This document shows, in pieces, positions 9,098-19,476 of a stretch of DNA of 64,000 nucleotides. Numbering within the stretch: position 1 is the first letter of the stretch; each line of letters begins with the position of its first letter. This stretch comes from Fimbriimonadales bacterium. Lineage in GTDB: Bacteria > Armatimonadota > Fimbriimonadia > Fimbriimonadales > ATM1. The stretch lies in NCBI GenBank assembly GCA_051003155.1, contig JBPCLO010000011.1, positions 68,012 through 132,011 of the forward strand. Reading direction: 5' to 3'. The notes below the pieces were generated by a model. The model searched no databases, had not been told where the DNA came from, and was given only the letters and a program-made list of their open reading frames with translations. A program made the position numbers and the translations under genes.

Positions 9098-10177
9098 TCA
9101 GGGCAGTGTGGGCATGTCGTTATACCGGAGCTCGGTGACTCGTTCGGTAAGGGTCTCGCGGTCGTCGGCGCGCACCGTAATGTGTCCGATCTTGCGCCCT
9201 GGCCTGGCCGATTTACCGTAAACGTGATAATGCGCGCCTGGAACCGCCCATACGGCCGCCGGATCGGGTTGCTCGCCGATGATGTTGATCATCGCCGAGT
9301 AGCCTCGGGGTAGGGTCGAGCCGAGAGGCATGTCGGTGATCGCGCGGATGTGGTTCTCGAATTGCGAGGTCTCGGCGCCCTCGATTGTCCAGTGCCCGCT
9401 GTTGTGCACGCGAGGTGCGATTTCGTTCACCAAGAGCTCATCGCCGACCTGGAACAACTCGATGGCGATCACTCCTACGTAGTCGAAATGCTGGAGTATC
9501 TTTCGAGCGTACGACTCGGCAGTAGCTTGCAGTTCTTGAGTGAGGTTCGTCGCCGGAGCGACCGTCAAGCGCAAGATGCCGTCGCGGTGATGATTTTCAA
9601 CGAGCGGATAGGCGGCAATCGCTCCGTCGACGCCGCGGGCCGCGATGAGGGATAGCTCCCGGTCGAACGGAATTACGCTCTCGAGAATCATCGGCTTCTC
9701 CCCCGCCAGTTCCGAGGCGGCGGAATGGTCCGCAGGAGAGCGGAGCCATAACTGGCCCTTGCCGTCGTAACCGAACCGGCGCGTCTTGGCAACGGCGGGG
9801 TAGCCCAACTCATGGAGAGCCGTTGCCAACTCACGATGCTCAACGAATCCCCGGAACTTGGGCGTAGGTATGCCAAAGTCGGCAAGCATTTCCTTTTCAG
9901 CGAGCCGGTCCGATGTTACTTGGAGTGCTGCAACCGATGGACGTATTTCAACCCCGTACTTTTGAAAGAACACCAAATGCGCCGCGATGTTCTCGAACTC
10001 ATACGTGATGACATCAAGATCGATTGGGCGAGACCAAGTAAGTGGCTTCACTTGCCCAAGCCCGGCTGCGCACGGCTCACGAGCATCGTCGAAAAACACG
10101 AACTCGTGGCCCATCGGAATGCCCGCGAGGCCCAGCATTCGGCCCAGCTGACCCGCGCCGAGAACCCCGATCTTCAT
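9098..10177 (-). CDS. purK: N5-CAIR synthase
   Basis: [28 protein letters not shown] and RKIGH. Confidence 0.95.
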   Translation of the reverse strand: MKIGVLGAGQLGRMLGLAGIPMGHEFVFFDDAREPCAAGLGQVKPLTWSRPIDLDVITYEFENIAAHLVFFQKYGVEIRPSVAALQVTSDRLAEKEMLADFGIPTPKFRGFVEHRELATALHELGYPAVAKTRRFGYDGKGQLWLRSPADHSAASELAGEKPMILESVIPFDRELSLIAARGVDGAIAAYPLVENHHRDGILRLTVAPATNLTQELQATAESYARKILQHFDYVGVIAIELFQVGDELLVNEIAPRVHNSGHWTIEGAETSQFENHIRAITDMPLGSTLPRGYSAMINIIGEQPDPAAVWAVPGAHYHVYGKSARPGRKIGHITVRADDRETLTERVTELRYNDMPTLP

Positions 10178-10662
10178 CGGGTCGGGTCCGGATCGTCGAG
10201 GACCGTTTGCGTCTGCTTTTCTCGAAATGACTTCAGCCGAACCTTGATCGCGGCGTGCTTATTGGCGAGAATCGAGGCCGCGAGCAACGCGGCGTTCTTG
10301 GCCCCCGACTCGCCGATCGCAAGTGTCGCAACGGGGATTCCTCCGGGCATCTGGACTATGGAAAGGAGCGAGTCGAGGCCTTTGAGCGTTTTCGACTCCA
10401 CCGGCACACCCAGGACGGGGAGCGTCGTTTTAGCCGCAGCCATGCCCGGCAAGTGAGCTGCCCCGCCGGCGCCCGCGATGATCACTTCGATACCGCGATC
10501 CTCCGCGGCAGACGCATACTCGAACAATAGGTCGGGGGTTCGGTGTGCCGAGACCACTTTCACTTCGAAAGGTACGCCGAGTTCTTCGAGTGTCTTCGCG
10601 GCGACCTCCATCGTGGCCCAATCCGACCGAGAGCCCATGATAATGCCAACCAGCGGCTGCAT
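10174..10662 (-). CDS. purE: N5-CAIR mutase
   Basis: [25 protein letters not shown] and [11 protein letters not shown]. Confidence 0.97.
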   Translation of the reverse strand: MQPLVGIIMGSRSDWATMEVAAKTLEELGVPFEVKVVSAHRTPDLLFEYASAAEDRGIEVIIAGAGGAAHLPGMAAAKTTLPVLGVPVESKTLKGLDSLLSIVQMPGGIPVATLAIGESGAKNAALLAASILANKHAAIKVRLKSFREKQTQTVLDDPDPTR

Positions 10663-10720
10663 GCCATCCAGTGTACCGTCGGCTCTTTTCGACGTCCAAG
10701 TTAAGTCGTAAAGATAGGGT

Positions 10721-11352
10721 ATGCAGTTTCCGAGTTTCGACTCTTCGAACCCGGTGTGATTTCGGCGGCTTTGGCACCTTAGCCAAGCTCGCGATCGCCA
10801 TTGTTCTCGACGGCTTGGTTGGCCTCCAGCGAGAGATCACGGCTGTCCTGCGTGCTGACGCACATGATCGTCCGCCTCGGCGTGGAGCTGTTCAGCGAAG
10901 CGGGCCGATCATTCGGATCGCCGGCGCCCGACCGCGTTGCAGCCCAGGTCGTGACCGGTATCGGCTTTCTCGGCGCGGGGACGATTTTGCGAACGGGATT
11001 GGAGGTCAGGGGCGTGACGACCGCCGCGAGCATCTGGGCCGTCGCGGCCATCGGCATGTCCCTCTCGCTCGGAGGGTTCTTCTACTTGGTTGCCATCGGC
11101 GCCGCGCTGTCTGACTTTGGCGCCGTTCGAAATTGTCGGCCGAATCGAGAAGCGAATCCTGGAGGTGGACAAGGTTCGGCAGTTAGATATCGAGGTCGAT
11201 TTGCGATGTCTAGTTTCCGATATCATCGGCGCATGCACCGGAGTCGGTGCGCCCCCCGAGCGCGGAGGTTATCAAAGGAAAACGGGTTCGTCCTGAAGCT
11301 ATCGGTACGCGTCGGCCATCCCGATCTGATCGCAGGGCGCTATGCAAATTAA
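10721..11352 (+). pseudogene. MgtC/SapB family membrane protein, frameshifted
   Basis: GLVGLQRE is in one frame; THMIV...DRVAAQVVTGIGFLGAGTI...GVTTAASIW is in another; the C-terminal part is in a third. Confidence 0.7.
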
Positions 11353-11396
11353 AGGGGCGTCGCCGCCGCCGAAATTGGCGGGACGGGCGCAGCGAC

Positions 11397-12539
11397 CTAG
11401 GCGTTCGCTAGAGCCGCATCGAGGTCGTCGAGGAGGTCATCGACGTCCTCGATACCCACGCTCAGCCTCAGCAGCGACGGGGGGATTCCGATTGCGGCTC
11501 GCTCGTCTTCGGACATTGCCGCGTGCGACATCATCGGCGGCCAGCAGACCAGCGATTCCACGCCACCGAGGGATTCGCCCAAAATGAACAGTCTAGTCGA
11601 CTTCGCAACCCGCTTCGCGACCCCTCCTCCTCCTTTGACCTCGAACGAGACCATGCCGCCGAAGCCGCGCATCTGTCTCATCGCGAGCTCGTGCTGGGGG
11701 TGCGAAGTCAGGCCCGGATAGTGGACTCGGTCGACCTTCGGGTGAGCTTGGAGAAACTCGGCCACGGTCTGCGCGTTCTGCATGTGGCGCTCCATCCTTA
11801 TCGCGAGCGTCTTTACTCCCCGCAAGGTCAGCCAGCAATCGAACGGGCTGGGCGTGTTGCCGGCGCTCTTGGCGTAAAGCGTCAGCGGCACGGTCAGCTC
11901 TTCGTCCTTCCACATGAGAGCGCCGCCGACCACGTCGCTGTGTCCGTTGATGTACTTGGTGGTGGAGTGCATCACGATGTCGCAGCCGAGGTCGAGAGGG
12001 TTCTGCAGGTAGGGCGTGGCGAACGTGTTGTCGAGTGCGATGGTGGTGCCGGCGCCTTTCGCGACCGAAACGCAGGCGCGTATGTCGCAGATCTTGAGGG
12101 ACGGATTCGTCGGAGTTTCTAGCCAAACGACCTTGGTGTTCGGCTTGATCTCCTCGGCGAGACAGTCAGCCCGGGTCGCGTCGAAGTAGCTGACCCCTAT
12201 GTTCTGCTTCTTGAGAAAAACTTGGAAATATCGAAACGTTCCGCCGTAAATGTCTCTGGGTGCGACAATGTGATCTCCGGATTGCAGCAGCGAGCATACC
12301 GTCGCGACGGCGGCCATGCCGGTCGACTGTGCGAGCCCGAACTTGGCGTTTTCGATGCCTGCGTAAACCTCTTCCAGAGCCGCACGTGTGGGGTTTCCGG
12401 AGCGGGTGTAGTCGAACGGCGGCGGGCTGTCCAGGTCGTCCCACGCGAACGATGCGCTCTGGTAGATCGGCGGCATCACGGGCTTGTACGGCGGGGTCGG
12501 CTCCTGGCCGAGGCGGATGGTCTTGGTTGAAAACTTCAT
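11397..12539 (-). CDS. Cystathionine gamma-synthase/lyase (Cys/Met metabolism PLP family)
   Basis: YTRSGNPT, ETPTNP, DNTFATP, HSTTKYINGHSD, ESLGGVESL and RLSVGIE. Confidence 0.92.
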   Translation of the reverse strand: MKFSTKTIRLGQEPTPPYKPVMPPIYQSASFAWDDLDSPPPFDYTRSGNPTRAALEEVYAGIENAKFGLAQSTGMAAVATVCSLLQSGDHIVAPRDIYGGTFRYFQVFLKKQNIGVSYFDATRADCLAEEIKPNTKVVWLETPTNPSLKICDIRACVSVAKGAGTTIALDNTFATPYLQNPLDLGCDIVMHSTTKYINGHSDVVGGALMWKDEELTVPLTLYAKSAGNTPSPFDCWLTLRGVKTLAIRMERHMQNAQTVAEFLQAHPKVDRVHYPGLTSHPQHELAMRQMRGFGGMVSFEVKGGGGVAKRVAKSTRLFILGESLGGVESLVCWPPMMSHAAMSEDERAAIGIPPSLLRLSVGIEDVDDLLDDLDAALANA

Positions 12540-12567
12540 CGGCTACGGGGGATGATACCATTCGGAT

Positions 12568-13038
12568 ATGTCGGTTCTAAGCGAGTTCAAGGCTTTTGCG
12601 ATTCGAGGAAACATGATAGACCTCGTGGTCGGCGTGATTCTCGGCGCGGCGTTCACCACGGTGGTCAACGCGCTGGTGAACGAGGTGATCATGCCGCCTC
12701 TCGGTTTGCTCGTCGGCGAAGTCGACTTCGGGGATTTGTTTGTCGTGTTGCGCGAGGGGAATTCGCCCGGTCCGTACTCGACGGTGGGGGCGGCTGAAAA
12801 GGCGGAGGCAGTCACTCTCAACTACGGCCGTGCGATCAATTCCTTCGTTGCATTCTTCATTGTTTCGTTCGTGGTCTTCCTTCTCGTGAAAGCGATGAAC
12901 CGGATGCGCCAGAGAATCGACGCAGCAAACGGGGAGCCCGCAACTCAGGAGTGCCCGTTTTGCATCACTCAGGTCTCGTCGAGGGCGACGCGCTGCCCGC
13001 AGTGCACCTCCGAGTTGGCGACTACACCGTCTCCGTAA
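12568..13038 (+). CDS. mscL: Large-conductance mechanosensitive channel with C-terminal CxxC-CxxC tail
   Basis: EFKAFAIRGNMIDL.VGVI.G and LNYG..INS; tail CPFC...CPQC. Confidence 0.92.
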   Translation: MSVLSEFKAFAIRGNMIDLVVGVILGAAFTTVVNALVNEVIMPPLGLLVGEVDFGDLFVVLREGNSPGPYSTVGAAEKAEAVTLNYGRAINSFVAFFIVSFVVFLLVKAMNRMRQRIDAANGEPATQECPFCITQVSSRATRCPQCTSELATTPSP

Positions 13039-13663
13039 CCACGCCTTCCTCCATTCGGAGCACGCGGTCGGCGTCTTCGAGCATCGACGGATCGTGGGTG
13101 ACCACGACGAGGGCTCCCTTACGCAGCGTACGCAGCAACTGGATCACGGTCTCGCCGGTGGCGTGATCCAGCGACGCCGTCGGCTCATCCGCGAAGATGA
13201 CCTCCGGCTCGGTGTACAGAGCGCGCGCGACGCAAGCCCGCTGCTTTTCTCCGCCTGATAACTCGCTGGGCAGTCGATGCGCTTTCTCTTTGAGCCCCAC
13301 GCGGTCGAGCAGATCGAGCGCTCTGGCGCGCGAGTTTGCCCCTGCAAGGGCGACGTTCTCGATCACGGACAAATATCCGAGGAGAAACGGCTGCTGAAAG
13401 ACGAATCCGAACTTGCGCAGGCGCAGTTCCCCCCGCTCACTTTCCGACATCTGCGAGTAGTCCTTGCCGCCGTAGAGGACACGGCCGAGGCTCGGATCCT
13501 TCAGACCGCTAAGCAGATACAAGAGCGAGGACTTGCCGCTGCCGCTCGGGCCGAGCACTCCAACGAACTGATCTCCTCCCACTTCCAGATCGACATCTCT
13601 GCAGGCGAAGACCTCGCGGCCGTGGTCCTCGTATACGAGGCTGGCGTCGCGCGTCTCTATCAA
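13022..13663 (-). CDS. ABC transporter ATP-binding protein (LolD/MacB type)
   Basis: GPSGSGKS, LSGGEKQR and DEPTASLD. The TTG at 13663 overlaps the permease stop (TTGA). Confidence 0.88.
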   Translation of the reverse strand: MIETRDASLVYEDHGREVFACRDVDLEVGGDQFVGVLGPSGSGKSSLLYLLSGLKDPSLGRVLYGGKDYSQMSESERGELRLRKFGFVFQQPFLLGYLSVIENVALAGANSRARALDLLDRVGLKEKAHRLPSELSGGEKQRACVARALYTEPEVIFADEPTASLDHATGETVIQLLRTLRKGALVVVTHDPSMLEDADRVLRMEEGVVTETV

Positions 13664-14799
13664 ACGACCCTTCTTTCCACAACCGAGATCGGGTCGAAGT
13701 GGCGGAATCGGAACCAAACCGTAAACGCCGCGGCGAGCAATATCACAAGTGGAATCGACAACGTGTAAGCGTAGGCCCGCGGATCATAGGGGTTCAGCGA
13801 ATAGGCGCGCGGGTCCATCAGCGTCGCCTTGATGATCGAGAGCAGGGCAAAGACCAAGCCCGCCCCAAGCAACCATCCGCTCACCACAAAAATAATCGAT
13901 TCCAAAATTGCTCGTCTGATCAGGAATCGGCGAGTAAACCCGATCGCTTGCAACAACCCGAACTCCACAATTCGTTGCGAAAGGAAAATATTGATGAGCA
14001 TTCCCATCATGATCGTAATTACCAAGACCAGCAGACCGATGACGATATTCAGGATTTTGAAAAGGACTTGAAATGTCTCGCGAGTATCCTTTTCGATGGT
14101 CGGATATGTGAAAGTAACCGCTTTTTGGCCCTTCAAGCTTGTTTCGGTCCAGGCATCGAGCCGGCGTTGTTCGGTTTGATTCTTCGCGAAGAGCATCAAC
14201 ACGTCGATCGGTGGAAAATGGTTTGCGGCCACGTATTCGTAGGAAGAAAATGCGAACCATTCCTTGGAATCGAATATCCCGACAACCTTCACATTATAGG
14301 GCGAGTAGTTCTTCTCGTCCTTTGGCCCGAGTATCGAATCGCCCAGCTTTAGGTCGAGGTTTCGGGTCAGTGGTTCGGTGATCACGACCTCGGGTTCACC
14401 CGAAGCCGGCAACCTGCCCCTGAGCGATCCCAGTTGGAATTTCCCAACGGCGTAATCTATGTCGCGCTTGTGAAATCCATAGAGGACGAAAGGCCAGGGG
14501 CCGACTATGCTCTTTACGTTGACGCCGACCGTACGACAGCTGACCATCCGCTCGATCGGCGCCGGGGATTTATCGAAATGCGCTCTGAGCTCCGGGAGAA
14601 ATGCGGCATCGCCACGCGGCGTGACGCCCGTCATGAATCGGCTGAAGCTGTACACGGTCCGGATCGAAAGCGGAATCGAATTCATCACCGTAACCACCCC
14701 AGCGATTAGAAGCACCGCTAGCATAATCACCAGCACTAAAGGCGTGGACTTGCCAGGATTGCGCAGAAGGAACGCCCAAGGAGCGAGCGGCTTGCTCAT
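13660..14799 (-). CDS. ABC transporter permease (FtsX/MacB-like)
   Basis: N-terminal TM, periplasmic domain and C-terminal TMs with R..EFGLLQAIG. Confidence 0.8.
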   Translation of the reverse strand: MSKPLAPWAFLLRNPGKSTPLVLVIMLAVLLIAGVVTVMNSIPLSIRTVYSFSRFMTGVTPRGDAAFLPELRAHFDKSPAPIERMVSCRTVGVNVKSIVGPWPFVLYGFHKRDIDYAVGKFQLGSLRGRLPASGEPEVVITEPLTRNLDLKLGDSILGPKDEKNYSPYNVKVVGIFDSKEWFAFSSYEYVAANHFPPIDVLMLFAKNQTEQRRLDAWTETSLKGQKAVTFTYPTIEKDTRETFQVLFKILNIVIGLLVLVITIMMGMLINIFLSQRIVEFGLLQAIGFTRRFLIRRAILESIIFVVSGWLLGAGLVFALLSIIKATLMDPRAYSLNPYDPRAYAYTLSIPLVILLAAAFTVWFRFRHFDPISVVERRVV

Positions 14800-14819
14800 G
14801 TGACGCTGATTATGACGTT

Positions 14820-14916
14820 CTGAACCCCTTCCTCTACTTTATTGTTCGCGGCGCACTGCATCGGCTGCCCGAAGCCTCCGTCACGAGGAAATGGAGGCAG
14901 GGGCAGGGGATGAAGG
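14820..14916 (+). repeat. Palindromic intergenic repeat, copy 1
   Basis: CTGAACCCCTTCCTCTACTTT...ACTGCATCG...AAATGGAGGCAGGGGCAGGGGATGAAGG; ends and an internal 9-mer are shared with the reverse complement of 57020-57111. Confidence 0.7.
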
Positions 14917-14931
14917 CTATACTCATCCTGT

Positions 14932-15945
14932 ATGGCTATCAAGGTCGGTATTAACGGTTTCGGGCGCATCGGACGCCTCACTTTTCGCGCGATTCAGGAC
15001 AAGTATCCCGGCGAGATCGAGGTCGTCGGCATTAACGATCTAGCCGACCCCAAGACGAACTCGCATCTCTTTAAATGGGACAGCACGTACGGCCCATACA
15101 AGGGCGAAGCCAAGTTCGACGAGGACGAAATCATGGTCGACGGCAAAAGGGTGCGCTCATTCAAGGAGAAGGACCCTGCCGCCATTGATTGGGCGAACGT
15201 CGGCGCGCAGATCGTGGTGGAGGCGACGGGCATTTTCACCGATAGAGACAGGGCCGCAAAGCACCTGGGCGATACCGTCAAGAAGGTTATCATCAGCGCC
15301 CCGGCGAAAGGGGAGGACTTTACGGTGGTTCTCGGAGTCAACGAAGACAAGTACGATCCGGCAACCCATCACGTGGTCAGCAATGCGAGCTGCACCACTA
15401 ACTGCATTGCGCCGATGACGAAGGTACTGGTCGATAAGTTCGGCATCGAGTCCGGGCTAATGACGACCATACACAGCTATACGAACGACCAGAAGGTCCA
15501 GGACCAATTTCACGAAGACTTGCGCCGCGCAAGGTCCGCCGGCCAGAACATGATCCCGACGAGCACCGGCGCAGCCAAGGCCCTGGGCCTAGTCATTCCC
15601 GAGGTACAGGGCAAGCTGAACGGTTTTGCGATCCGTGTTCCGACCCCGACCGTTTCGATCGTGGACCTTGTCGCAACACTAGCGAAAGCCGCGAGCGCCG
15701 AGGAAATCAACACCGCGATGCGAGAAGCCGCCACGGGACCGATGATAGGGATCCTGAACGTTTCGGACGAGCCGCTCGTGAGCAGCGATTATATAGGCAA
15801 CACGTTCTCCTGCACCGTCGATTCGGCTCTTACCATGCAAATCGGCGACAGGATGGCGAAGGTGGTCGGTTGGTACGACAACGAGTACGCCTACGCGATG
15901 CGTTGCGCGGACCTCATAAGATTCATGGAGAGCAAGGGCCTTTAA
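14932..15945 (+). CDS. gap: Glyceraldehyde-3-phosphate dehydrogenase (type I)
   Basis: GINGFGRIGR, SNASCTTNC, IPTSTGAAKA and WYDNE. Confidence 0.98.
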   Translation: MAIKVGINGFGRIGRLTFRAIQDKYPGEIEVVGINDLADPKTNSHLFKWDSTYGPYKGEAKFDEDEIMVDGKRVRSFKEKDPAAIDWANVGAQIVVEATGIFTDRDRAAKHLGDTVKKVIISAPAKGEDFTVVLGVNEDKYDPATHHVVSNASCTTNCIAPMTKVLVDKFGIESGLMTTIHSYTNDQKVQDQFHEDLRRARSAGQNMIPTSTGAAKALGLVIPEVQGKLNGFAIRVPTPTVSIVDLVATLAKAASAEEINTAMREAATGPMIGILNVSDEPLVSSDYIGNTFSCTVDSALTMQIGDRMAKVVGWYDNEYAYAMRCADLIRFMESKGL

Positions 15946-16013
15946 AGCCGTTTCTTTAATCTGCAACCGAGGAAACGCGTCAGGACCATAATCGGTAGAA
16001 GGGTGAGAGCGTT

Positions 16014-16724
16014 ATGACCGAGCAAGAGCTGAGAGACGAAGTTCGCTACGAAGTGATGCGCGCAGGGCTAGACCGCCGATATGGGCTATGGGCTGCCGTT
16101 CTCGCCGTTCTGCCAAGGGCGGAGGACATCACGGCGGTTGAGGCCCGGCGGGCAACGTCGGAAGCGATCCAACAACTTCTAAGCGAGGGATACCTGTACG
16201 TATTTCGCGCACCGCGCGCGTGGGGTGATGAGGAATTGCTGATCGCGAGCGACCTCCAGGAGGCGATCGGCGATGATCGAAACTGGCGGCCTCGCAAAAC
16301 GAACACCCGCCGATTGGCAAGGCTCGGCGCTACCGCCAAGGGCGCGGAAGCATTCCTCTCCGGAGCTTTCGGCAACCCTGCGCCTATGACCCGCGCACCG
16401 TTTCCTGGCACGGAGACGCTCGATCTGCAGCCGTTTACCTTGGCCGAGGCGATTTCGCTTCTCCTAGCTGTGAGCGGCTTTTTCGGCGGGCTTTATCTGG
16501 GTTCGCTAATAAATATGGGGCCTCGCTTGTCCATCTGGTCCGCCTTCTTGATGTTCGGCCTTGGAATCTGCGGCCTCGCACTCGCGATCTTGGTTTGGCG
16601 GCGCCTAAATCCTGGCCTGGCAACTGGGCGCGAGATTGCTCGCGATCCGCATTACATTCCTGATGCGTACATGGATGGGCCAACCCTGAACCCCCTCGAT
16701 GAGTTCGGCAACCCGCGGTTTTAG
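16014..16724 (+). CDS. Hypothetical membrane protein
   Basis: 236-aa ORF filling the gap between gap and prpD, with two C-terminal hydrophobic helices. Confidence 0.6.
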   Translation: MTEQELRDEVRYEVMRAGLDRRYGLWAAVLAVLPRAEDITAVEARRATSEAIQQLLSEGYLYVFRAPRAWGDEELLIASDLQEAIGDDRNWRPRKTNTRRLARLGATAKGAEAFLSGAFGNPAPMTRAPFPGTETLDLQPFTLAEAISLLLAVSGFFGGLYLGSLINMGPRLSIWSAFLMFGLGICGLALAILVWRRLNPGLATGREIARDPHYIPDAYMDGPTLNPLDEFGNPRF

Positions 16725-16738
16725 GTAACCTTTGAGCC

Positions 16739-18112
16739 ATGTCCCTTGCTCAACGGCTTGCGCATTACTGCGCCAATTTCACGTTCGATTCTTTGCCCGC
16801 CGAGGCCGTACATGAGGCGAAGCGCCGCGTTCTGGACAGCTTCGGATGCGCGATGGGCGCGTATACGATGGAGCCCCCGAAGATTGCGAGGGAAGTGGCG
16901 CGGAGTGCCAAGAGCGATTTGGGAGCCACGGTGATTGGGACCGCCCACCAGTCGACGCCGGAACTCGCCGCCTTTGCCAATGGGACAATGTTCCGGTACC
17001 TCGATTTCAACGACACATACTTGAGCAAGGAGCCCGCGCATCCGAGCGACAACATAGCTGCGCTGCTCGCCATCGCAGAGGCGTTCGAAGCCGAGGGTGA
17101 AGACTTGATCGCCGCGATCGTCTTGGCTTATGAGATTCAGTGCAGACTTTGCGATGCTTATTCGATCCGGTCACGCGGTTGGGATCATGTAACCTACGGC
17201 AGCTTTTCGACGACGGCCGGGTGCGGAAATCTTCTCGGGTTCAGCGAGGAACAGTTCGTTCACGCTTTTGGATTAGCGGCAACCCCCAACAACGCCATGC
17301 GGATCAACCGCGCCGGCGAATTAAGCATGTGGAAAGGATGTGCCTTTGCGAATGCTTCGAGGAATGGCGTTTTTGCCACGCTTTTGGCGCATCTCGGAAT
17401 GAGCGGGCCTGCGCCGATTTTCGAGGGCGAAATGGGATTTTTCGACGAGATCTGCCGTGGGGATACTTTCGACCTGCAGAAACTGGGAGGCGAAAACGGC
17501 GCAGGTTATATGATCAATAAAACGTACATCAAGAAATACCCCGCCGAATACCATAGTCAGAGCGCGATCGACGCCGCGTTGAATTTGGTCGAGCAGCACG
17601 GCGTCGTCTTCTCGCCGGAAGAAATCGATGAGATCGAAATAGCGACCTTTACGGCAAGCTGGGAGATTATCGCGAAAGACCACGAGAAAAATAGGCCGAA
17701 GAGCCGGGAGACCGCCGATCATAGCCTCCAGTACATGACTTGTGCGGCACTCGTCGACGGTTATGTTTGGCACGACACCTTCGACGAAAAGCGATTTACC
17801 GACGAGGAATTATTGGGCGTCGTAGCCAAAACGAAGGTCATTGCCGACCCCGAATTCGACAAACTTTATCCAGAGCACGGAATTCCCAACCGCCTAACGG
17901 TTAAAACTAAAGAGAAGACCTACACCGACACGGTGGTTTCTCCTCGCGGTCACGCGCTCAACCCGATGAACGACGAAGACGTCGTTGCGAAATTCCGAAA
18001 AATGGCTGAGCCGATGCTCCGCGAATCCCAGATCGTAGAAATCATCGATCGCGTTTCGAACCTCGAGAAAGAAACCGACATCACCGGTCTCCTTATGAAT
18101 TTGGTGGTCTAA
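16739..18112 (+). CDS. prpD: MmgE/PrpD family (2-methylcitrate dehydratase)
   Basis: RYLDFNDT, HPSDN, GELSMWKG, PAEYHSQSA and ETADHSL. Confidence 0.88.
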   Translation: MSLAQRLAHYCANFTFDSLPAEAVHEAKRRVLDSFGCAMGAYTMEPPKIAREVARSAKSDLGATVIGTAHQSTPELAAFANGTMFRYLDFNDTYLSKEPAHPSDNIAALLAIAEAFEAEGEDLIAAIVLAYEIQCRLCDAYSIRSRGWDHVTYGSFSTTAGCGNLLGFSEEQFVHAFGLAATPNNAMRINRAGELSMWKGCAFANASRNGVFATLLAHLGMSGPAPIFEGEMGFFDEICRGDTFDLQKLGGENGAGYMINKTYIKKYPAEYHSQSAIDAALNLVEQHGVVFSPEEIDEIEIATFTASWEIIAKDHEKNRPKSRETADHSLQYMTCAALVDGYVWHDTFDEKRFTDEELLGVVAKTKVIADPEFDKLYPEHGIPNRLTVKTKEKTYTDTVVSPRGHALNPMNDEDVVAKFRKMAEPMLRESQIVEIIDRVSNLEKETDITGLLMNLVV

Positions 18113-18139
18113 CTCAAGGTAGGGAGTGGAGGAAAGTAC

Positions 18140-19474
18140 CTATTCGTGCGACTTCTTGCCCTGATCGAGGCTTGTCACCGTCCCGATAAGCGTTTTTTCC
18201 ACCTGCTGGGCGTTACCGCTCTGTAAATCGCGGATCGCTTGCGTGACCTGAAGCGCTTCCTCATTGCGGCCATCTTGCGCCAAAAGCATTTGCGTCTTCT
18301 GCAATTCCGCAACAGCCATGGCCGTGGTAATCTGCCCCGCCTTTAGCCCCATCATCGTTTTCTCGACCACCCGGCTGGCGAGCGAAACTTCAATCGACCG
18401 CGCAACAATCGGATTTTGCGGGAGCGAACACTTGGCCTCGTCAGCTGTAAATTCGAGAACGACATCAATGTCAACGCTTTCGGCTTTGCCGGTGATCGCA
18501 TCATCATACGCGAGCCGCCCGGCGGCGACGCGATATTTCCCCAGTGGATGGTTCGGAAACTCGAAGTCCACTGCAAGACCCAGGTCCGTGCCCTTTTCGA
18601 TATCGGCCAGATTGATTTCGACCATACGCTCGCCAAACGGAACATCGTGGCCGTAAACTTGGCGCAAAGCGCACCAGCGGGCGGTTTTCAAGTTCAGCTT
18701 CAGGTTTCGGGCCGCCATCGTCATCAACTTGTCCAGCTCCGTGCGAAAGACTTCCGGAATTAACTCGGGCCTCGAAATAAAGTAATAATTCCCACCAGAA
18801 CGCTTTGCCATACCTGCGAGCAGTTCTTCGTTGTATTCATATCCAAAGCCGAGGAACGTGCTCGATATGCCGCGCGCCTTAATTTCGCCGACATGCTGTA
18901 CAAGAGCGTTGTAATCGCGGATTCCGGCAGTGGGTTCTCCGTCCGTAAAAACTACGAGACGAGTAATGAATCCGCTCTCGTTCGTCGACATTGCCTGCTG
19001 CATGGCCAAGGATAGCCCGTCGTATAGATTAGTCGTATTCCCCGGCACGATGCGGTTGATATTCTCCTTGATAAGGTCTCTATTGATCACTTTTCTCGGC
19101 GGCATCAAAACGTCGACCACTTCTTCAAAAGTCACGATGCTGAGCACGTCTTCAGGTGATAAGAGATCCACAACATAGGCGCACGCTTTTTTTACGTAAT
19201 CGAGAGGCTCGCCCTCCATCGATCCGGAGCGGTCGATCACGAGGCAAAGATTGAGGGGTGTCCTGGCCCCGCCGAACGCCCCGTCCACTCCCTTGAAATT
19301 GACGAGGAACTGCTCGCGTGCTGGGCTATTAGCAAGCGCACACGGCCGTCCGGCAATCACCTCGACCTCCAGACCCCTCGACGGCATGCCCTGCATCGCC
19401 TGCGTGCGGTTGGGGTCGCCGATCATCTGCGTGCGGTGCGGGTCGTTGGTAAGCTGCGTTTTGTTGGGGTCCAT
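18140..19474 (-). CDS. vWA-domain protein with N-terminal DPxxTQ repeats
   Basis: Start MDPNKTQ (ATG 19474); MIDAS motif DRSGSM, TNLYDG, TDGE and GGNYYFI. Confidence 0.85.
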   Translation of the reverse strand: MDPNKTQLTNDPHRTQMIGDPNRTQAMQGMPSRGLEVEVIAGRPCALANSPAREQFLVNFKGVDGAFGGARTPLNLCLVIDRSGSMEGEPLDYVKKACAYVVDLLSPEDVLSIVTFEEVVDVLMPPRKVINRDLIKENINRIVPGNTTNLYDGLSLAMQQAMSTNESGFITRLVVFTDGEPTAGIRDYNALVQHVGEIKARGISSTFLGFGYEYNEELLAGMAKRSGGNYYFISRPELIPEVFRTELDKLMTMAARNLKLNLKTARWCALRQVYGHDVPFGERMVEINLADIEKGTDLGLAVDFEFPNHPLGKYRVAAGRLAYDDAITGKAESVDIDVVLEFTADEAKCSLPQNPIVARSIEVSLASRVVEKTMMGLKAGQITTAMAVAELQKTQMLLAQDGRNEEALQVTQAIRDLQSGNAQQVEKTLIGTVTSLDQGKKSHE

Positions 19475-19476
19475 TC

